This document shows, one piece after another, positions 9,256 through 19,052 of a DNA stretch of 64,000 bases; positions within the stretch are counted from its first letter, which is position 1, and each line of letters opens with the position of its first letter. The translations under genes and the position numbers were made by a program. Where the stretch lies: NCBI GenBank assembly GCA_964592105.1, contig CAZQBL010000025.1:58-64057 (forward strand), written 5' to 3'. The notes under the pieces are model-generated. The model saw only the letters and a program-made list of their open reading frames with translations, searched no databases and was not told where the DNA came from. Source of the stretch: an uncultured Gammaproteobacteria bacterium (GTDB taxonomy: Bacteria; Patescibacteriota; Patescibacteriia; UBA10025; JAHIVO01).

Positions 9256-10155
9256 ATGAAAAATAACAATAATAAAAAAATTACCAAAGCCATTATCCCG
9301 GCGGCTGGTTTTGGTACACGCTTTTTGCCGGCCACCAAAGCTCAGCCTAAGGAAATGTTGCCCGTGGTGGACAAACCAGTTATCCAATACGTGGTCGAGG
9401 AGGCTGTGTCCGCCGGCATCGAGGATATTATTCTAGTGACCAGCTGGCAAAAAAGAACGCTTGAAGATCATTTTGACTATTCCCTGGAGCTGGAAAAACA
9501 GCTAAAAGATCGCGGAAAACTCGAACAATTAGAAGAGGTGCGGCGCATCGCCGGCATGGCAAACTTCATCTACGTGCGGCAAAAAGGCCCCTATGGCAAT
9601 GCCACGCCTGTGATCTCCGCTTCGCACTTGGTCAAAAATGAACCATTCGCCGTACTTTGGGGCGATGAATTTTTCCGCAGTAACCCGCCTCGTTTGAAGC
9701 AGATGATGGAGGCCTATGAAGTCTATGGCAAATCAATTATCAGTGCCGTCAGAATTCCCAACAAGAAAGACTTATCAAAATACGGTATTGCGGAAATAGA
9801 GCCCGTAAAAAATAATATTTATAATATTTACAAAATCAAATCACTGATAGAAAAACCAAAACCAGAAGAGGCTCCTTCGAATCTTGCTACCCATGGAGCA
9901 TATTTATTCACGCCCGAGATTATAGACTGTCTCAAGGAAATAAAACCGGGCAAAGATGGCGAGTTATGGCTGGTTGACGCCATCAAGTTACTCATGACCA
10001 AAGAAGATGTTTATGCCTGCGAGATCAAAAATAGCCGGTACTACGACACCGGCAATAAATTAGAATACTTGAAAGCTTGCCTTGATTTGGCGCTCGAACG
10101 CGAGGAACTGCGGGAGCCGTTGCTTGAATACATAAAAAAGATAAAAACTTCATGA
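9256..10155 (+). CDS. galU: UTP--glucose-1-phosphate uridylyltransferase
   Basis: KAIIPAAGFGTRFLPATKAQPKEMLPVVDKP. Confidence 0.95.
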   Translation: MKNNNNKKITKAIIPAAGFGTRFLPATKAQPKEMLPVVDKPVIQYVVEEAVSAGIEDIILVTSWQKRTLEDHFDYSLELEKQLKDRGKLEQLEEVRRIAGMANFIYVRQKGPYGNATPVISASHLVKNEPFAVLWGDEFFRSNPPRLKQMMEAYEVYGKSIISAVRIPNKKDLSKYGIAEIEPVKNNIYNIYKIKSLIEKPKPEEAPSNLATHGAYLFTPEIIDCLKEIKPGKDGELWLVDAIKLLMTKEDVYACEIKNSRYYDTGNKLEYLKACLDLALEREELREPLLEYIKKIKTS

Positions 10156-11543
10156 AAACATTAAGCATAAATAAGCGTGGACTTTCTAAAATCCTGATTA
10201 TCTCCCTTTTGGGATTTATCGTTTTGGTTATCGCCGGGATAGCGATCATAGCTCTTCAACCGAAAAAGGTACCGCCAAAAAGTGTGACCCTGACTATGTG
10301 GGGGGTCTGGGACGAAACCACCGACGTAGCGGATATGATCAACGCTTACCACACCGCTCATCCCTACATTACTATCAACTACGTTAAAAAAAGATTCGAG
10401 GAGTTTGCCGATGCTTTGGTCAATGGCTGGGCCACCGATACTGGTCCGGACATTTATGCTCTGCCCAACACCTGGCTCCGCGAATACAGCACTGACTTCA
10501 TAACCCCCATGCCAGCTACGACCAAAATTGCCTTTTATGAAAATAAAAAAATACTTTTTAAATCAGAAAAGAAAATCAGCTACGTCACCAGAAATTCTTT
10601 AACCCCCAATGACATCAAAAGAGATTATATCGACGTCGTTTACAAGGATATCATCATTGATGGAAAAATCTATGGCCTCCCTCTCGGTGTCAACACCCTA
10701 GTGATGTACTACAATAAAGATCTGCTCAACCGCGCTCATCTGGCCAAACCGCCAGCTACTTGGAACGATTTTGTCAACGCTGTGGAAAAAATCACCATCA
10801 TTAATGATCGGAACGAAATCATTCGAGCCGGGGCCGCCCTGGGCACCTATGACAACATCCCCAATGCCAGCGACCTAGTCACTCTGCTGATGCTCCAAAA
10901 TGGCACTCCCATGACCACGGGAGAAAAAGTTACCTTTGATCGGCCCACTGGCGCAGAACAAAATTACTACCCGGCCGAACAAGCTTTAAGATTTTATACC
11001 GACTTTGCCAGCCCGGAGAAATCAGTCTATACGTGGAACGAAAATATCACCACTAATGCTTTTGATTTATTCGCTCAGGGAAACTTGGGATTTCTTTTTG
11101 GTTATAGATACCAGCAATCAGAAATAACCTCGCGAGGCATGAGCACTGATGCCTTTAGTATTGCCCCCATGCCGCAGATCAACCCGGACAATGAAATAAA
11201 CTTTGCCGACTACTGGGTTTATACCGTAGCCAAAAAATCTAAATACGCTAATGAAGCCTGGGCTTTTTTACAATATGCTGCTGACGCTAAAAGATCGCAA
11301 CCATATGATGAAAAAACCAAACAAACAAGCGCTCTACGCTCAGTTATCTCTGAACAAATAGAAGATCCGGACATAGGCATATTCGCTCAACAAGCTCTCA
11401 CAGCCCAGAGCTGGTACCGCGGTAAAAACCCCCAAAAAGCCGAAGAATATTTCGGTGATATGATAAAAAGTGTTGTAGCCAGGACTTCTGATATAAAACA
11501 GGCAATTATTCTGGCGGCTCAGAAAATTCAACAAATCTACTAA
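10152..11543 (+). CDS. Membrane-anchored sugar-type extracellular solute-binding protein
   Basis: N-terminal TM; GPDI, GKIYGLP...MYYNKDLL, PATWNDF and AWAFLQY SBP motifs. Confidence 0.85.
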   Translation: MKTLSINKRGLSKILIISLLGFIVLVIAGIAIIALQPKKVPPKSVTLTMWGVWDETTDVADMINAYHTAHPYITINYVKKRFEEFADALVNGWATDTGPDIYALPNTWLREYSTDFITPMPATTKIAFYENKKILFKSEKKISYVTRNSLTPNDIKRDYIDVVYKDIIIDGKIYGLPLGVNTLVMYYNKDLLNRAHLAKPPATWNDFVNAVEKITIINDRNEIIRAGAALGTYDNIPNASDLVTLLMLQNGTPMTTGEKVTFDRPTGAEQNYYPAEQALRFYTDFASPEKSVYTWNENITTNAFDLFAQGNLGFLFGYRYQQSEITSRGMSTDAFSIAPMPQINPDNEINFADYWVYTVAKKSKYANEAWAFLQYAADAKRSQPYDEKTKQTSALRSVISEQIEDPDIGIFAQQALTAQSWYRGKNPQKAEEYFGDMIKSVVARTSDIKQAIILAAQKIQQIY

Positions 11544-11551
11544 ATAAGACG

Positions 11552-12586
11552 ATGATTGAAATAAGAAAAATTACCAAATTATCCATTATCTTTTGTCTAG
11601 CACTAGTTGTTTTGACAATGAACGCCGCGCCAGTCAAGGCTTATGAAGTTTATAAAAATGGTTTTACCATAATTCCCGAGGAATGCTTGGGCAATCAGGT
11701 GGCCACACAGCAAACCGAGCAGTGTGATATTAACTCCTTTGTCCAACTGTTCGTCAACCTAGCCGCCGTCGGCCTTAAAGTCCTGCCCTATCTGGCTATG
11801 CTCATGATCATCGGCTCGGGATTTTATTTTGTATTGTCTGGTGGCAGTGCTCAAAAAATCCAGCAAGGGAAAAAAGCTTTCACTTCGGTAGTCATCGGGG
11901 TTTTAATCGTCATCGTTTTGGCTTGGGGCTTGTCAGCCATGATTGTTTACTTACTGACCGGGGAAAAAGGCGGCTTTCTTTTTCCGGGATCGCCATTTTC
12001 AAAAGAATGGTGGGGCGGTGGAACCATTGAACAGCCAGGACCGGATACCCGATGCTGTTTTGTTCAAAACATTGGATGTAAAGAAAATATCACGGCTGAT
12101 GAGTGTGCGGCTATCGGGGGAAGACAGCTCGATGCCGGACAATCCTGTCAAAGCTATACAGCTTGTCAAACTTTGTCTAAACCCGGCTGCTGCGTACCCT
12201 CTAATGTTAATGATCCAAACTGTCATGGCCCTAACTCGACTGGATGTTTGGATTTCTCCGGTACTACCCATAACCCCAACCGGTGCCCACAGATAGGTCA
12301 GTGCATTTTTGGTGGCGTGGGCGACTTGGCTGCCTGGGGATGCTGCCTTAAAGACACTGGGGGCTGCGAAGAACTGGCTTTTTTTGAGTGCAATGGCAGT
12401 CACCGCGCTGGAGTAGATTGCAATACCCTGTCTGTTTGTACCGGTTTTTGCTGTAGGTTGCTAAATACTAAATGTCTGCAGGGCGTAACTTATGATTACT
12501 GTACTGCTCCGCCACCTTCCGGCCGTGGTGGTGCAATTCTCAATAAAGGCGCTTGTCCTTATTTCTGTCCACTGTCCACAAATTAA
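11552..12586 (+). CDS. TrbC/VirB2-like pilin with Cys-rich repeat extension
   Basis: Signal peptide; AMLMIIGSGFYFVLSGGSAQKIQQGKKAFTSVVIG pilin core; C-terminal 4 x (CC-C-C-C-C). Confidence 0.75.
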   Translation: MIEIRKITKLSIIFCLALVVLTMNAAPVKAYEVYKNGFTIIPEECLGNQVATQQTEQCDINSFVQLFVNLAAVGLKVLPYLAMLMIIGSGFYFVLSGGSAQKIQQGKKAFTSVVIGVLIVIVLAWGLSAMIVYLLTGEKGGFLFPGSPFSKEWWGGGTIEQPGPDTRCCFVQNIGCKENITADECAAIGGRQLDAGQSCQSYTACQTLSKPGCCVPSNVNDPNCHGPNSTGCLDFSGTTHNPNRCPQIGQCIFGGVGDLAAWGCCLKDTGGCEELAFFECNGSHRAGVDCNTLSVCTGFCCRLLNTKCLQGVTYDYCTAPPPSGRGGAILNKGACPYFCPLSTN

Positions 12587-12598
12587 TATACTTTTCCT

Positions 12599-12970
12599 AT
12601 GAAACTAAAAAAATTATTTCCCCTCGCCTTGATCTTAATTGTCTCCGTGGTTTTGGGTTTGTCGCTGGCCTCATCGCCCTCGGTTTTAGCCGCTAGCAGT
12701 CCCCGTTTGCCAAATCCGCTGGGTGGCAACGCTGACCTCATGACTGTTTTATTGCGGGTGATGCAGGTTGCCCTGGCTCTGGTTGATATTTTTGCTCTGT
12801 TCATGTTTATCCTTGGGGGGTTTGAATTCCTTATTTCCGCCGGCAACCCCAACATGATTAACCGCGCCAAAGACACCCTGATTTGGGCCACCATTGGTAT
12901 TGTCGTCATTACCTTAAGCTACAGTATTCTAAAATTCATTTTCGAGGCTGTGCAAAAAGGTGCTTCCTGA
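12599..12970 (+). CDS. TrbC/VirB2-like pilin
   Basis: Signal peptide; LPNPLG; FILGGFEFLISAGNPNMINRAKDTLIWATIG. Confidence 0.8.
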   Translation: MKLKKLFPLALILIVSVVLGLSLASSPSVLAASSPRLPNPLGGNADLMTVLLRVMQVALALVDIFALFMFILGGFEFLISAGNPNMINRAKDTLIWATIGIVVITLSYSILKFIFEAVQKGAS

Positions 12971-12975
12971 TTAAT

Positions 12976-13004
12976 TTGACAAATACTGCAGTTTGGTGTA
13001 CAAT
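12976..13004 (+). promoter_or_regulatory. Near-consensus sigma70 promoter for the third pilin
   Basis: TTGACA-17 nt-TACAAT; strong SD (GGGGGTG) upstream of ATG 13053. Confidence 0.7.
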
Positions 13005-13052
13005 GACGACGTTAGTAAAAATTAAAGATTTTTAAGGAAAGGGGGTGAAACA

Positions 13053-13406
13053 ATGAAAATTTCAACAAAAGTAATGAGTGGCCTAATGATGGTTACCCTG
13101 TTAGCCCCTTTTGCCGCTTCAGCTTTAACTATTGAGACAGTTGGCAACACCATCGGTTTGGGTACGGCTGATCTGAAAGAAACCGTTATCAACATTATCC
13201 AGTGGGTTCTAGGCCTATTGGGCTTAATCGCCGTCATTATGATTTTGATCGGCGGCTTCCAATGGATGACAGCCGGTGGCAACGAAGAGAAAGTGGCCAG
13301 TGCCAAGAAAATAATTTCAGCTGCAGTTATCGGTTTAATCGTGGTCTTGCTGGCTTGGGCCATCGTAATCTTCGTCGTTCAGACAACCACTAATGTTACC
13401 ACCTAA
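13053..13406 (+). CDS. TrbC/VirB2-like pilin, probable major subunit
   Basis: Signal peptide ending ASA; ILIGGFQWMTAGGNEEKVASAKKIISAAVIG; has its own promoter, SD and terminator. Confidence 0.85.
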   Translation: MKISTKVMSGLMMVTLLAPFAASALTIETVGNTIGLGTADLKETVINIIQWVLGLLGLIAVIMILIGGFQWMTAGGNEEKVASAKKIISAAVIGLIVVLLAWAIVIFVVQTTTNVTT

Positions 13407-13437
13407 ATTAGTTTGAGATATAACTATATAGAATAGC

Positions 13438-13472
13438 TCCCCACACCAATGTATTGGTGTGGGGGTTTGTTT
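13438..13472 (+). terminator. Rho-independent terminator
   Basis: ccccacaccaat-gt-attggtgtgggg inverted repeat followed by a T-rich tract. Confidence 0.8.
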
Positions 13473-13501
13473 TGGATATTTTTTTACGATACAATATATT
13501 C

Positions 13502-15445
13502 ATGACGCTCCCCCAAAAAATAACCGATTACTGCGAGCAAAACAGTCTCCGGATAATGTGGATTTTGATTGCTTTGTATTGTGTACTTGTTTCCCTATTA
13601 TGTTTGCTAAAATTCGCCAACTACGGTTACAATGCCTTAGATTTGGGCATCTACAATCAAGTTTTTTACAACTCGGCTCAAGGAAATTTTTTTGATTTCA
13701 CTATCCATCCCCATTCGTACTTGGGAGATCATTTTGAAATTTTCATCGTTTTATTACTTCCGTTTTATCTGCTTTGGCCATCTCCCCAGACACTGCTCAT
13801 CATTCAAACTGTATTTTTGGCTTTGGCCGCTTGGCCGCTTTATTTAATAGCCAGCGCCAGACTAGGAAAAAAATACGCACTGGTCATGGGGTTAATTTTT
13901 CTATTTAGTCCACTGATCCTCAATACCAATTTGTTTGAATTTCACCTTTTGGCTCTGGCTATTTTCTTTTTGCTTTGGGCTTTCTATTTTTTTGAAAAAA
14001 ATAAATTCGGCTGGTGGCTGGTCTTAGCCCTCTTAGCCTTAACTATTAGAGAGGATGTAGCGTTGGTTCTCATAATGTTTTCGTTGCTGGCCTTTTTAGA
14101 GAAAAAAAGCTGGCCTTGGAAAATTTGGCCAGCTGGGCTGGGACTATTTTGGTTCATTATTACTCTAAAAATAATTTCAGCGCTAAATACCTACGGGCAA
14201 TATAAGTTCTTCTATTACTACCAATGGTTAGGCGCTAACTGGTCTGAAGCCTTCCATAATATTTTCACCAAACCATTATTAATTGTTCAACGTTTTTTCT
14301 CCCCGGACAATATTGTCTTAACAATTATCTTGATCGTTCTCTTTGCCGGATTGCCCCTCAAACGACCGAAATTTTTATGGCTGGGATTGTTACCCTTTGT
14401 TCAACTAACCTTGGCTAGTTTTCCCAAGATGCCAATACTGGAAACGCACTACACATCTCTTTTAATTCTTCCTCTCTTTATCGGCACCATATATGGACTG
14501 GCAAAAACTAAACAATCACAAAAACCAATATTTTTGCTAATATTAACGACCATAACCCTATACTCAGCTTTCACACTCGGACCAGTCGGCGGAGTCTTTA
14601 AGTTTATTATTAATGAAAAGCCGGAGACCAAATTATCAATTGCCTTGAAAAATGAATTAGTACAACAAATCCCTTCTCGCGCCAAGGTCGTCGCAACTTA
14701 TGATTACCTAACTCGACTTTCTGGTCGGCCGGACGTATTTTCTTTGCACTATGTCTTTCGGGGAACCAAACAATATTCTTCAGAAAAATATATTTTGCCG
14801 GAAGATGTGGAGTATGCCGCTATTGATTTCTCGGATCTAATAACCTATCAAATCCAATTCTCCCGGGAAAATTTCTACCGAAGCGGCTATCAGAGAGTTA
14901 AAGATTTACTTTTAAACGACTTTGGGCTAGTTCAAATCGCCGACACTCAATCTCTCTGGAAAAAAAACCTTAAATCAAAAACAAAGTTAGTGGAATTTGT
15001 CACTGATTTTACTATTGACAATCCTCAATATTACTATTTTGATAATAAAATAGCTTTTTTGGGGTACTCAACTCCAAAAATAACCACCAGCAACAAAATT
15101 CCACTTATTGATATTTCTTTTTTTTGGAAATCGCTGACGACTTTAACCGAAGACTATCAGCTTCGAATTACTTATCTGGATCAAAACGGAAAATCTTTAT
15201 ACTCGCGCTATTTCCCGCTGGCCTACGGCCTCTACCCAACCAGCCAATGGCCCCAAGAAAAAATCATAAAGACCAACCAGTGGCTGGCATTGCCACAAAA
15301 ATATTCAGGTCAAGCCGTCCAATTAAAAATAAATTTGGTTAGGCTTCAGGGTTATCTTGGGTTGGATAATTTAAAATCGGCTCAGGTAAAAATAACAGAG
15401 GCCGAAGTTATTGGTGAGTCTATTTTTATAAAACTCTTAAAATAA
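13502..15445 (+). CDS. DUF2079-family membrane protein (GT-C-like)
   Basis: ALDLGIYNQ, YLGDHF, NLFEFH and IREDV motifs; many TM helices plus a soluble C-terminal domain. Confidence 0.8.
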   Translation: MTLPQKITDYCEQNSLRIMWILIALYCVLVSLLCLLKFANYGYNALDLGIYNQVFYNSAQGNFFDFTIHPHSYLGDHFEIFIVLLLPFYLLWPSPQTLLIIQTVFLALAAWPLYLIASARLGKKYALVMGLIFLFSPLILNTNLFEFHLLALAIFFLLWAFYFFEKNKFGWWLVLALLALTIREDVALVLIMFSLLAFLEKKSWPWKIWPAGLGLFWFIITLKIISALNTYGQYKFFYYYQWLGANWSEAFHNIFTKPLLIVQRFFSPDNIVLTIILIVLFAGLPLKRPKFLWLGLLPFVQLTLASFPKMPILETHYTSLLILPLFIGTIYGLAKTKQSQKPIFLLILTTITLYSAFTLGPVGGVFKFIINEKPETKLSIALKNELVQQIPSRAKVVATYDYLTRLSGRPDVFSLHYVFRGTKQYSSEKYILPEDVEYAAIDFSDLITYQIQFSRENFYRSGYQRVKDLLLNDFGLVQIADTQSLWKKNLKSKTKLVEFVTDFTIDNPQYYYFDNKIAFLGYSTPKITTSNKIPLIDISFFWKSLTTLTEDYQLRITYLDQNGKSLYSRYFPLAYGLYPTSQWPQEKIIKTNQWLALPQKYSGQAVQLKINLVRLQGYLGLDNLKSAQVKITEAEVIGESIFIKLLK

Positions 15446-17063
15446 TTATTGGGCCCTCATCAAAAACCTTCTCGGCAAAAGACTGCCTAATTAGCCAATC
15501 ATCATTGGCATCTTTTTTTTGATAATAAATATAATCAATGGAATTAAACCGGAGAAATTGTTTCTTCTCCTGAACGCTTCCTTGAGTTCCGTCAAAAAAC
15601 CATTGTAGTGCTTCTTTTTTCTCCTCGGCCTGACTGCTTAGATCACTGTGGCCGTAGTAAACCTTGCGCCCAGTGTAAGCCGGGATAAAATTACCGACGA
15701 CTCTTTCTGAAAGAATAACTGTATCTTTCGGCGCGTTGAGCTTAAGCCAGCGAAAACCATTGACTTGAGACGAAGTCAAATAATAAGGGATGTCCTTTGT
15801 CTTATAGGCCACCATATCGCGGGCAATTAAATAAACCGTGGTGGAAAACGAGGCGACCACAAACAACCAAATAAAAATGGTTTTCAAGAAAAAAGATAAT
15901 TTACCGTTGATCATGTTCTTCAGCCGGACAAAAATAAAATCAATGGCCAAAATGGCCAACATAACCATCGGCACATGAAGGCCCTCTGACATTCGCCGCT
16001 GAAACCGCAGAGGAAAATACAATGATAAAGCAATGACGACAAACCAGGTGCCCACAAAAAGCCACTCTTTTTTTCGATGTTTTATGATCAAGATAAGCCC
16101 AATTAACCCCAAGACCCCGATCAATCCATAACCCGTTACATACCACCAAAACGAAGGCGACATGGTCACATTCTGACTCCCCCAGCCTTTGTAACCATCA
16201 ATAAAATTATAAATAAAATAGTAATACAAAACACTAGGTAGCGCTATTAAAAAAATTATTGCCAATTTTTTTATATACAAAAAAGCTAAGCGTGGCACGA
16301 AATCCCTGTCGAATAAAATTCTACTTACCAAATATACGCCCAGAACACCAAAAACTATAAAAAGATCGTAGGGATGAATAAAACCCAACAGTAAAGCCAA
16401 AAAACCAATAATGGCTGATTTACTATGGCCCGATTTGTCCTGATTCAGCATGAACAGCAAGAAAATCGAAATGATAATAATCAGCGCCAGAATAAACAGC
16501 GGATTGTGGAAAATTGTCAAAAAAGTTAGGGCTTCCGGCACCCATAAGTCCACGGAAAATTCGCCCTGTAAATACTGGTTGACATTAAAAACAGGAATGA
16601 ACAGACCGAGTCCGGTAGTAAATACCGCCACAATCAGACAAAGCCTGCGCCATTTTACCTCGCTAAAAAATTTACTGAATAAAATGTACAAAATAATCAA
16701 AAAAATTACCAACAGAAAAATACGGCTCAATTGAAAAGCTGCGGCATTAGATAAATTGAACTCCTCAGCAAAAACTGCCAGTAGATTCCACTGGGGGTGA
16801 AAAAGTAAGGCCGGTTTAACTTCCGGGCTGTATAAGTTTTGAAACAAAAAGTTTCCCTGCCGTGCTTGCTCAATAAATGAATAATAAACATTCACATCAC
16901 CCGGGGTTAATTCATGGATGCCGGTATATTGCATGTCCCCAGGGGTCGTCAACCAACCGTAAACATAAGGCGCACTGGTCACTATCACGGCCAGTAATAT
17001 GACAAACCAAACGAATCGCCATTCGCCCCTTTCAATTATTGCCACTGAATTATTTTCGGCCAT
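15426..17063 (-). CDS. Multi-TM GT-C-fold glycosyltransferase-like protein with STT3/AglB-like C-terminal domain
   Basis: GDVNVYYS after TM1; HPYD; C-terminal FRWLKLNAPKDTVILS...GNFIPAYTGR; paralog of 24071..25693. Confidence 0.65.
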   Translation of the reverse strand: MAENNSVAIIERGEWRFVWFVILLAVIVTSAPYVYGWLTTPGDMQYTGIHELTPGDVNVYYSFIEQARQGNFLFQNLYSPEVKPALLFHPQWNLLAVFAEEFNLSNAAAFQLSRIFLLVIFLIILYILFSKFFSEVKWRRLCLIVAVFTTGLGLFIPVFNVNQYLQGEFSVDLWVPEALTFLTIFHNPLFILALIIIISIFLLFMLNQDKSGHSKSAIIGFLALLLGFIHPYDLFIVFGVLGVYLVSRILFDRDFVPRLAFLYIKKLAIIFLIALPSVLYYYFIYNFIDGYKGWGSQNVTMSPSFWWYVTGYGLIGVLGLIGLILIIKHRKKEWLFVGTWFVVIALSLYFPLRFQRRMSEGLHVPMVMLAILAIDFIFVRLKNMINGKLSFFLKTIFIWLFVVASFSTTVYLIARDMVAYKTKDIPYYLTSSQVNGFRWLKLNAPKDTVILSERVVGNFIPAYTGRKVYYGHSDLSSQAEEKKEALQWFFDGTQGSVQEKKQFLRFNSIDYIYYQKKDANDDWLIRQSFAEKVFDEGPIIILRVL

Positions 17064-17071
17064 AAATATTT

Positions 17072-17806
17072 TTATGATCTTTTCCTTAATCGCCACATCT
17101 GCCACAAATAATCTACCGCCGTGGAGAAAACTTTAACTGTACTTTTACGCCCGGCCACTCTTTTTTCCACCCAAGTCACGGGCAGCTCCATAATTTTGTA
17201 ATCTGCTTGCCTGGCTAAAAAGAGCAGCTCGGTATCAAAAAACCAAACATTGTCTTTAATCCGAGGAACTATTTCTTCTGCTACCTTACTGTTAATAAAT
17301 TTGAAGCCGCATTGGGCGTCACTCAAACTCAATTTCAATACGTGGCGCAACAGAAAATTAAAAATTCTGGAGGTCAGCTCTCGACCGATGGAACGCTGTG
17401 TCTTGGATCCTGATATAATTCTTGAACCGATGACAATATCCGCCTTACCAGAATTTAAAAGTTCAACCGCCTGTTTGACATGAACCAGATCGGTGGCCAA
17501 ATCGGCGTCCATATAGCCCAGTATATCGTAAACCCCCTCGCCCCAAGCTTTTTTTAAAGCTCCTCCGCGACCCGGTCGGTCAAGGTGAAAAAAACCGACC
17601 CGATCATCTTTTTGAGACAACCGCTCGGCTATAGCCACCGTCTCGTCAGTTGAACCATTATCGGCCACCAATATCTTCCAGTCATAAACCGTAAGCTCTT
17701 TGGCCAAATATTCCAGAGTTATTTTGATGTTTCCCTCAATAACCAAGGATTCATTGTAGGTTGGCAGGACTATCAATAGTTTTTTCTTCTGGTGCTTGGA
17801 GTTCAT
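17072..17806 (-). CDS. GT2 polyprenyl/dolichyl-phosphate glycosyltransferase (DPG/DPM synthase-like)
   Basis: VLPTYNE, ADNGSTD, YMDADL, DAQCGFK, WFFDTELL. Confidence 0.9.
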   Translation of the reverse strand: MNSKHQKKKLLIVLPTYNESLVIEGNIKITLEYLAKELTVYDWKILVADNGSTDETVAIAERLSQKDDRVGFFHLDRPGRGGALKKAWGEGVYDILGYMDADLATDLVHVKQAVELLNSGKADIVIGSRIISGSKTQRSIGRELTSRIFNFLLRHVLKLSLSDAQCGFKFINSKVAEEIVPRIKDNVWFFDTELLFLARQADYKIMELPVTWVEKRVAGRKSTVKVFSTAVDYLWQMWRLRKRS

Positions 17807-19052
17807 TTTTTTTTAAATATTTAATGCCTAGAAAGTAAAAATAGCATAAGACCAACACATTGGCTGCCACCACCCAGATAGATTTATAAAAACTCAAATC
17901 GAAAAATCTATAGGTATGATCAAACGGCAAAACCGCCAGCAGATTTACCATAAAGGTAACGGACAAAACACCGAAAACCCAGCGCAACCTTTTATCCGTA
18001 AACAGACACATGGCCAGAATGGGCAGAACCGGATACATGTATCGTTCGTGCATTTCCGTGGGCAGCATGAAAAACGCCAACGAAGCAAAAGCCGCCGAGA
18101 AAAAAATTCCCTGGTAATCCCGTTTTTTGGTCAAAAACCACAAAATACAACCATAAAAACCAATAAACAGAGACAGACCGATAGCAAAATACGGAATTCT
18201 CAGAAATGTCTGAGTATCCATGACGTTTTTCAGATAGCCGCCGGTAAAAGGCCACCAGATATTAAAAGCATTCATGGAAATATACGGCGAATAGCCAGCT
18301 GAGGTGAAAATTACCCTCAAAACATGTAAAAAGTTCCCTGTGACGATAAAAGGAGCGGTCACAAGCAAAAACACAGCTAGACCCAAGCCGATATAACCGA
18401 ATATTTTTTTCCAGCCCTTATCCTTAACGGTCGCCAACATGATAATCGGCAAAATAATAAAACTCTGAAGTTTCATGAGCATGGCCAAGGTAATAAAAAT
18501 CCAGGATCTGAAAAACTTTTTTTGCGTCAGAAAGTACAGAGACAAGATAATAAAAAAGGCGTGAATAGAATCAACCTGACCCCAATAACTGGAATTATAG
18601 ATAATACCGGGATTTAAATAATATGCCACCATAGATAGTAAGGCGATCTTGAAATTGGATTTTTTTTTCAGCAAGAAAAATATGGCCAGCGCCGTCAGCA
18701 CATCAAAAAGAATCCCGTTCAGCTTCAGAATAAACGTCAGCGGCGTTTTCATGTCAATAAAAAAATCGGCCGAATAGAATTTTTGATAAATTACCCCGCT
18801 GAATTTTAAGAAATACAAATATATCGGCAAATAATTAGGCGTTGGTACGAATTTTTCACTACCGTCAATAACCGCGTTGGCCGATGAATCATAGATATTG
18901 CCCAAACCGTTGACCACGGCACTTCTGCTCCAGGCCTGAAACAACAAGATGTCGTCGACAAAACCTTTATTAGGCGCAATGACCAGCCTGATGCCAAGCC
19001 CAACCACTAAAATAACTAATAATAATATTAACTGCCGCTTGCTACTCTTCAT
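17751..19052 (-). CDS. GT-C-fold membrane glycosyltransferase (PIG-M/DUF2029-like)
   Basis: NYLP, LNPGIIYNSSYWGQVDS, MKLQ, NAFNIW, PTEMHERY. Confidence 0.75.
   Translation of the reverse strand: MKSSKRQLILLLVILVVGLGIRLVIAPNKGFVDDILLFQAWSRSAVVNGLGNIYDSSANAVIDGSEKFVPTPNYLPIYLYFLKFSGVIYQKFYSADFFIDMKTPLTFILKLNGILFDVLTALAIFFLLKKKSNFKIALLSMVAYYLNPGIIYNSSYWGQVDSIHAFFIILSLYFLTQKKFFRSWIFITLAMLMKLQSFIILPIIMLATVKDKGWKKIFGYIGLGLAVFLLVTAPFIVTGNFLHVLRVIFTSAGYSPYISMNAFNIWWPFTGGYLKNVMDTQTFLRIPYFAIGLSLFIGFYGCILWFLTKKRDYQGIFFSAAFASLAFFMLPTEMHERYMYPVLPILAMCLFTDKRLRWVFGVLSVTFMVNLLAVLPFDHTYRFFDLSFYKSIWVVAANVLVLCYFYFLGIKYLKKNELQAPEEKTIDSPANLQ

Noticed and set aside
9812-9829. 9-nt tandem duplication (ataatattt x2) in galU giving NIYNIY
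   Set aside because: In-frame micro-duplication in a probable loop; no evident consequence
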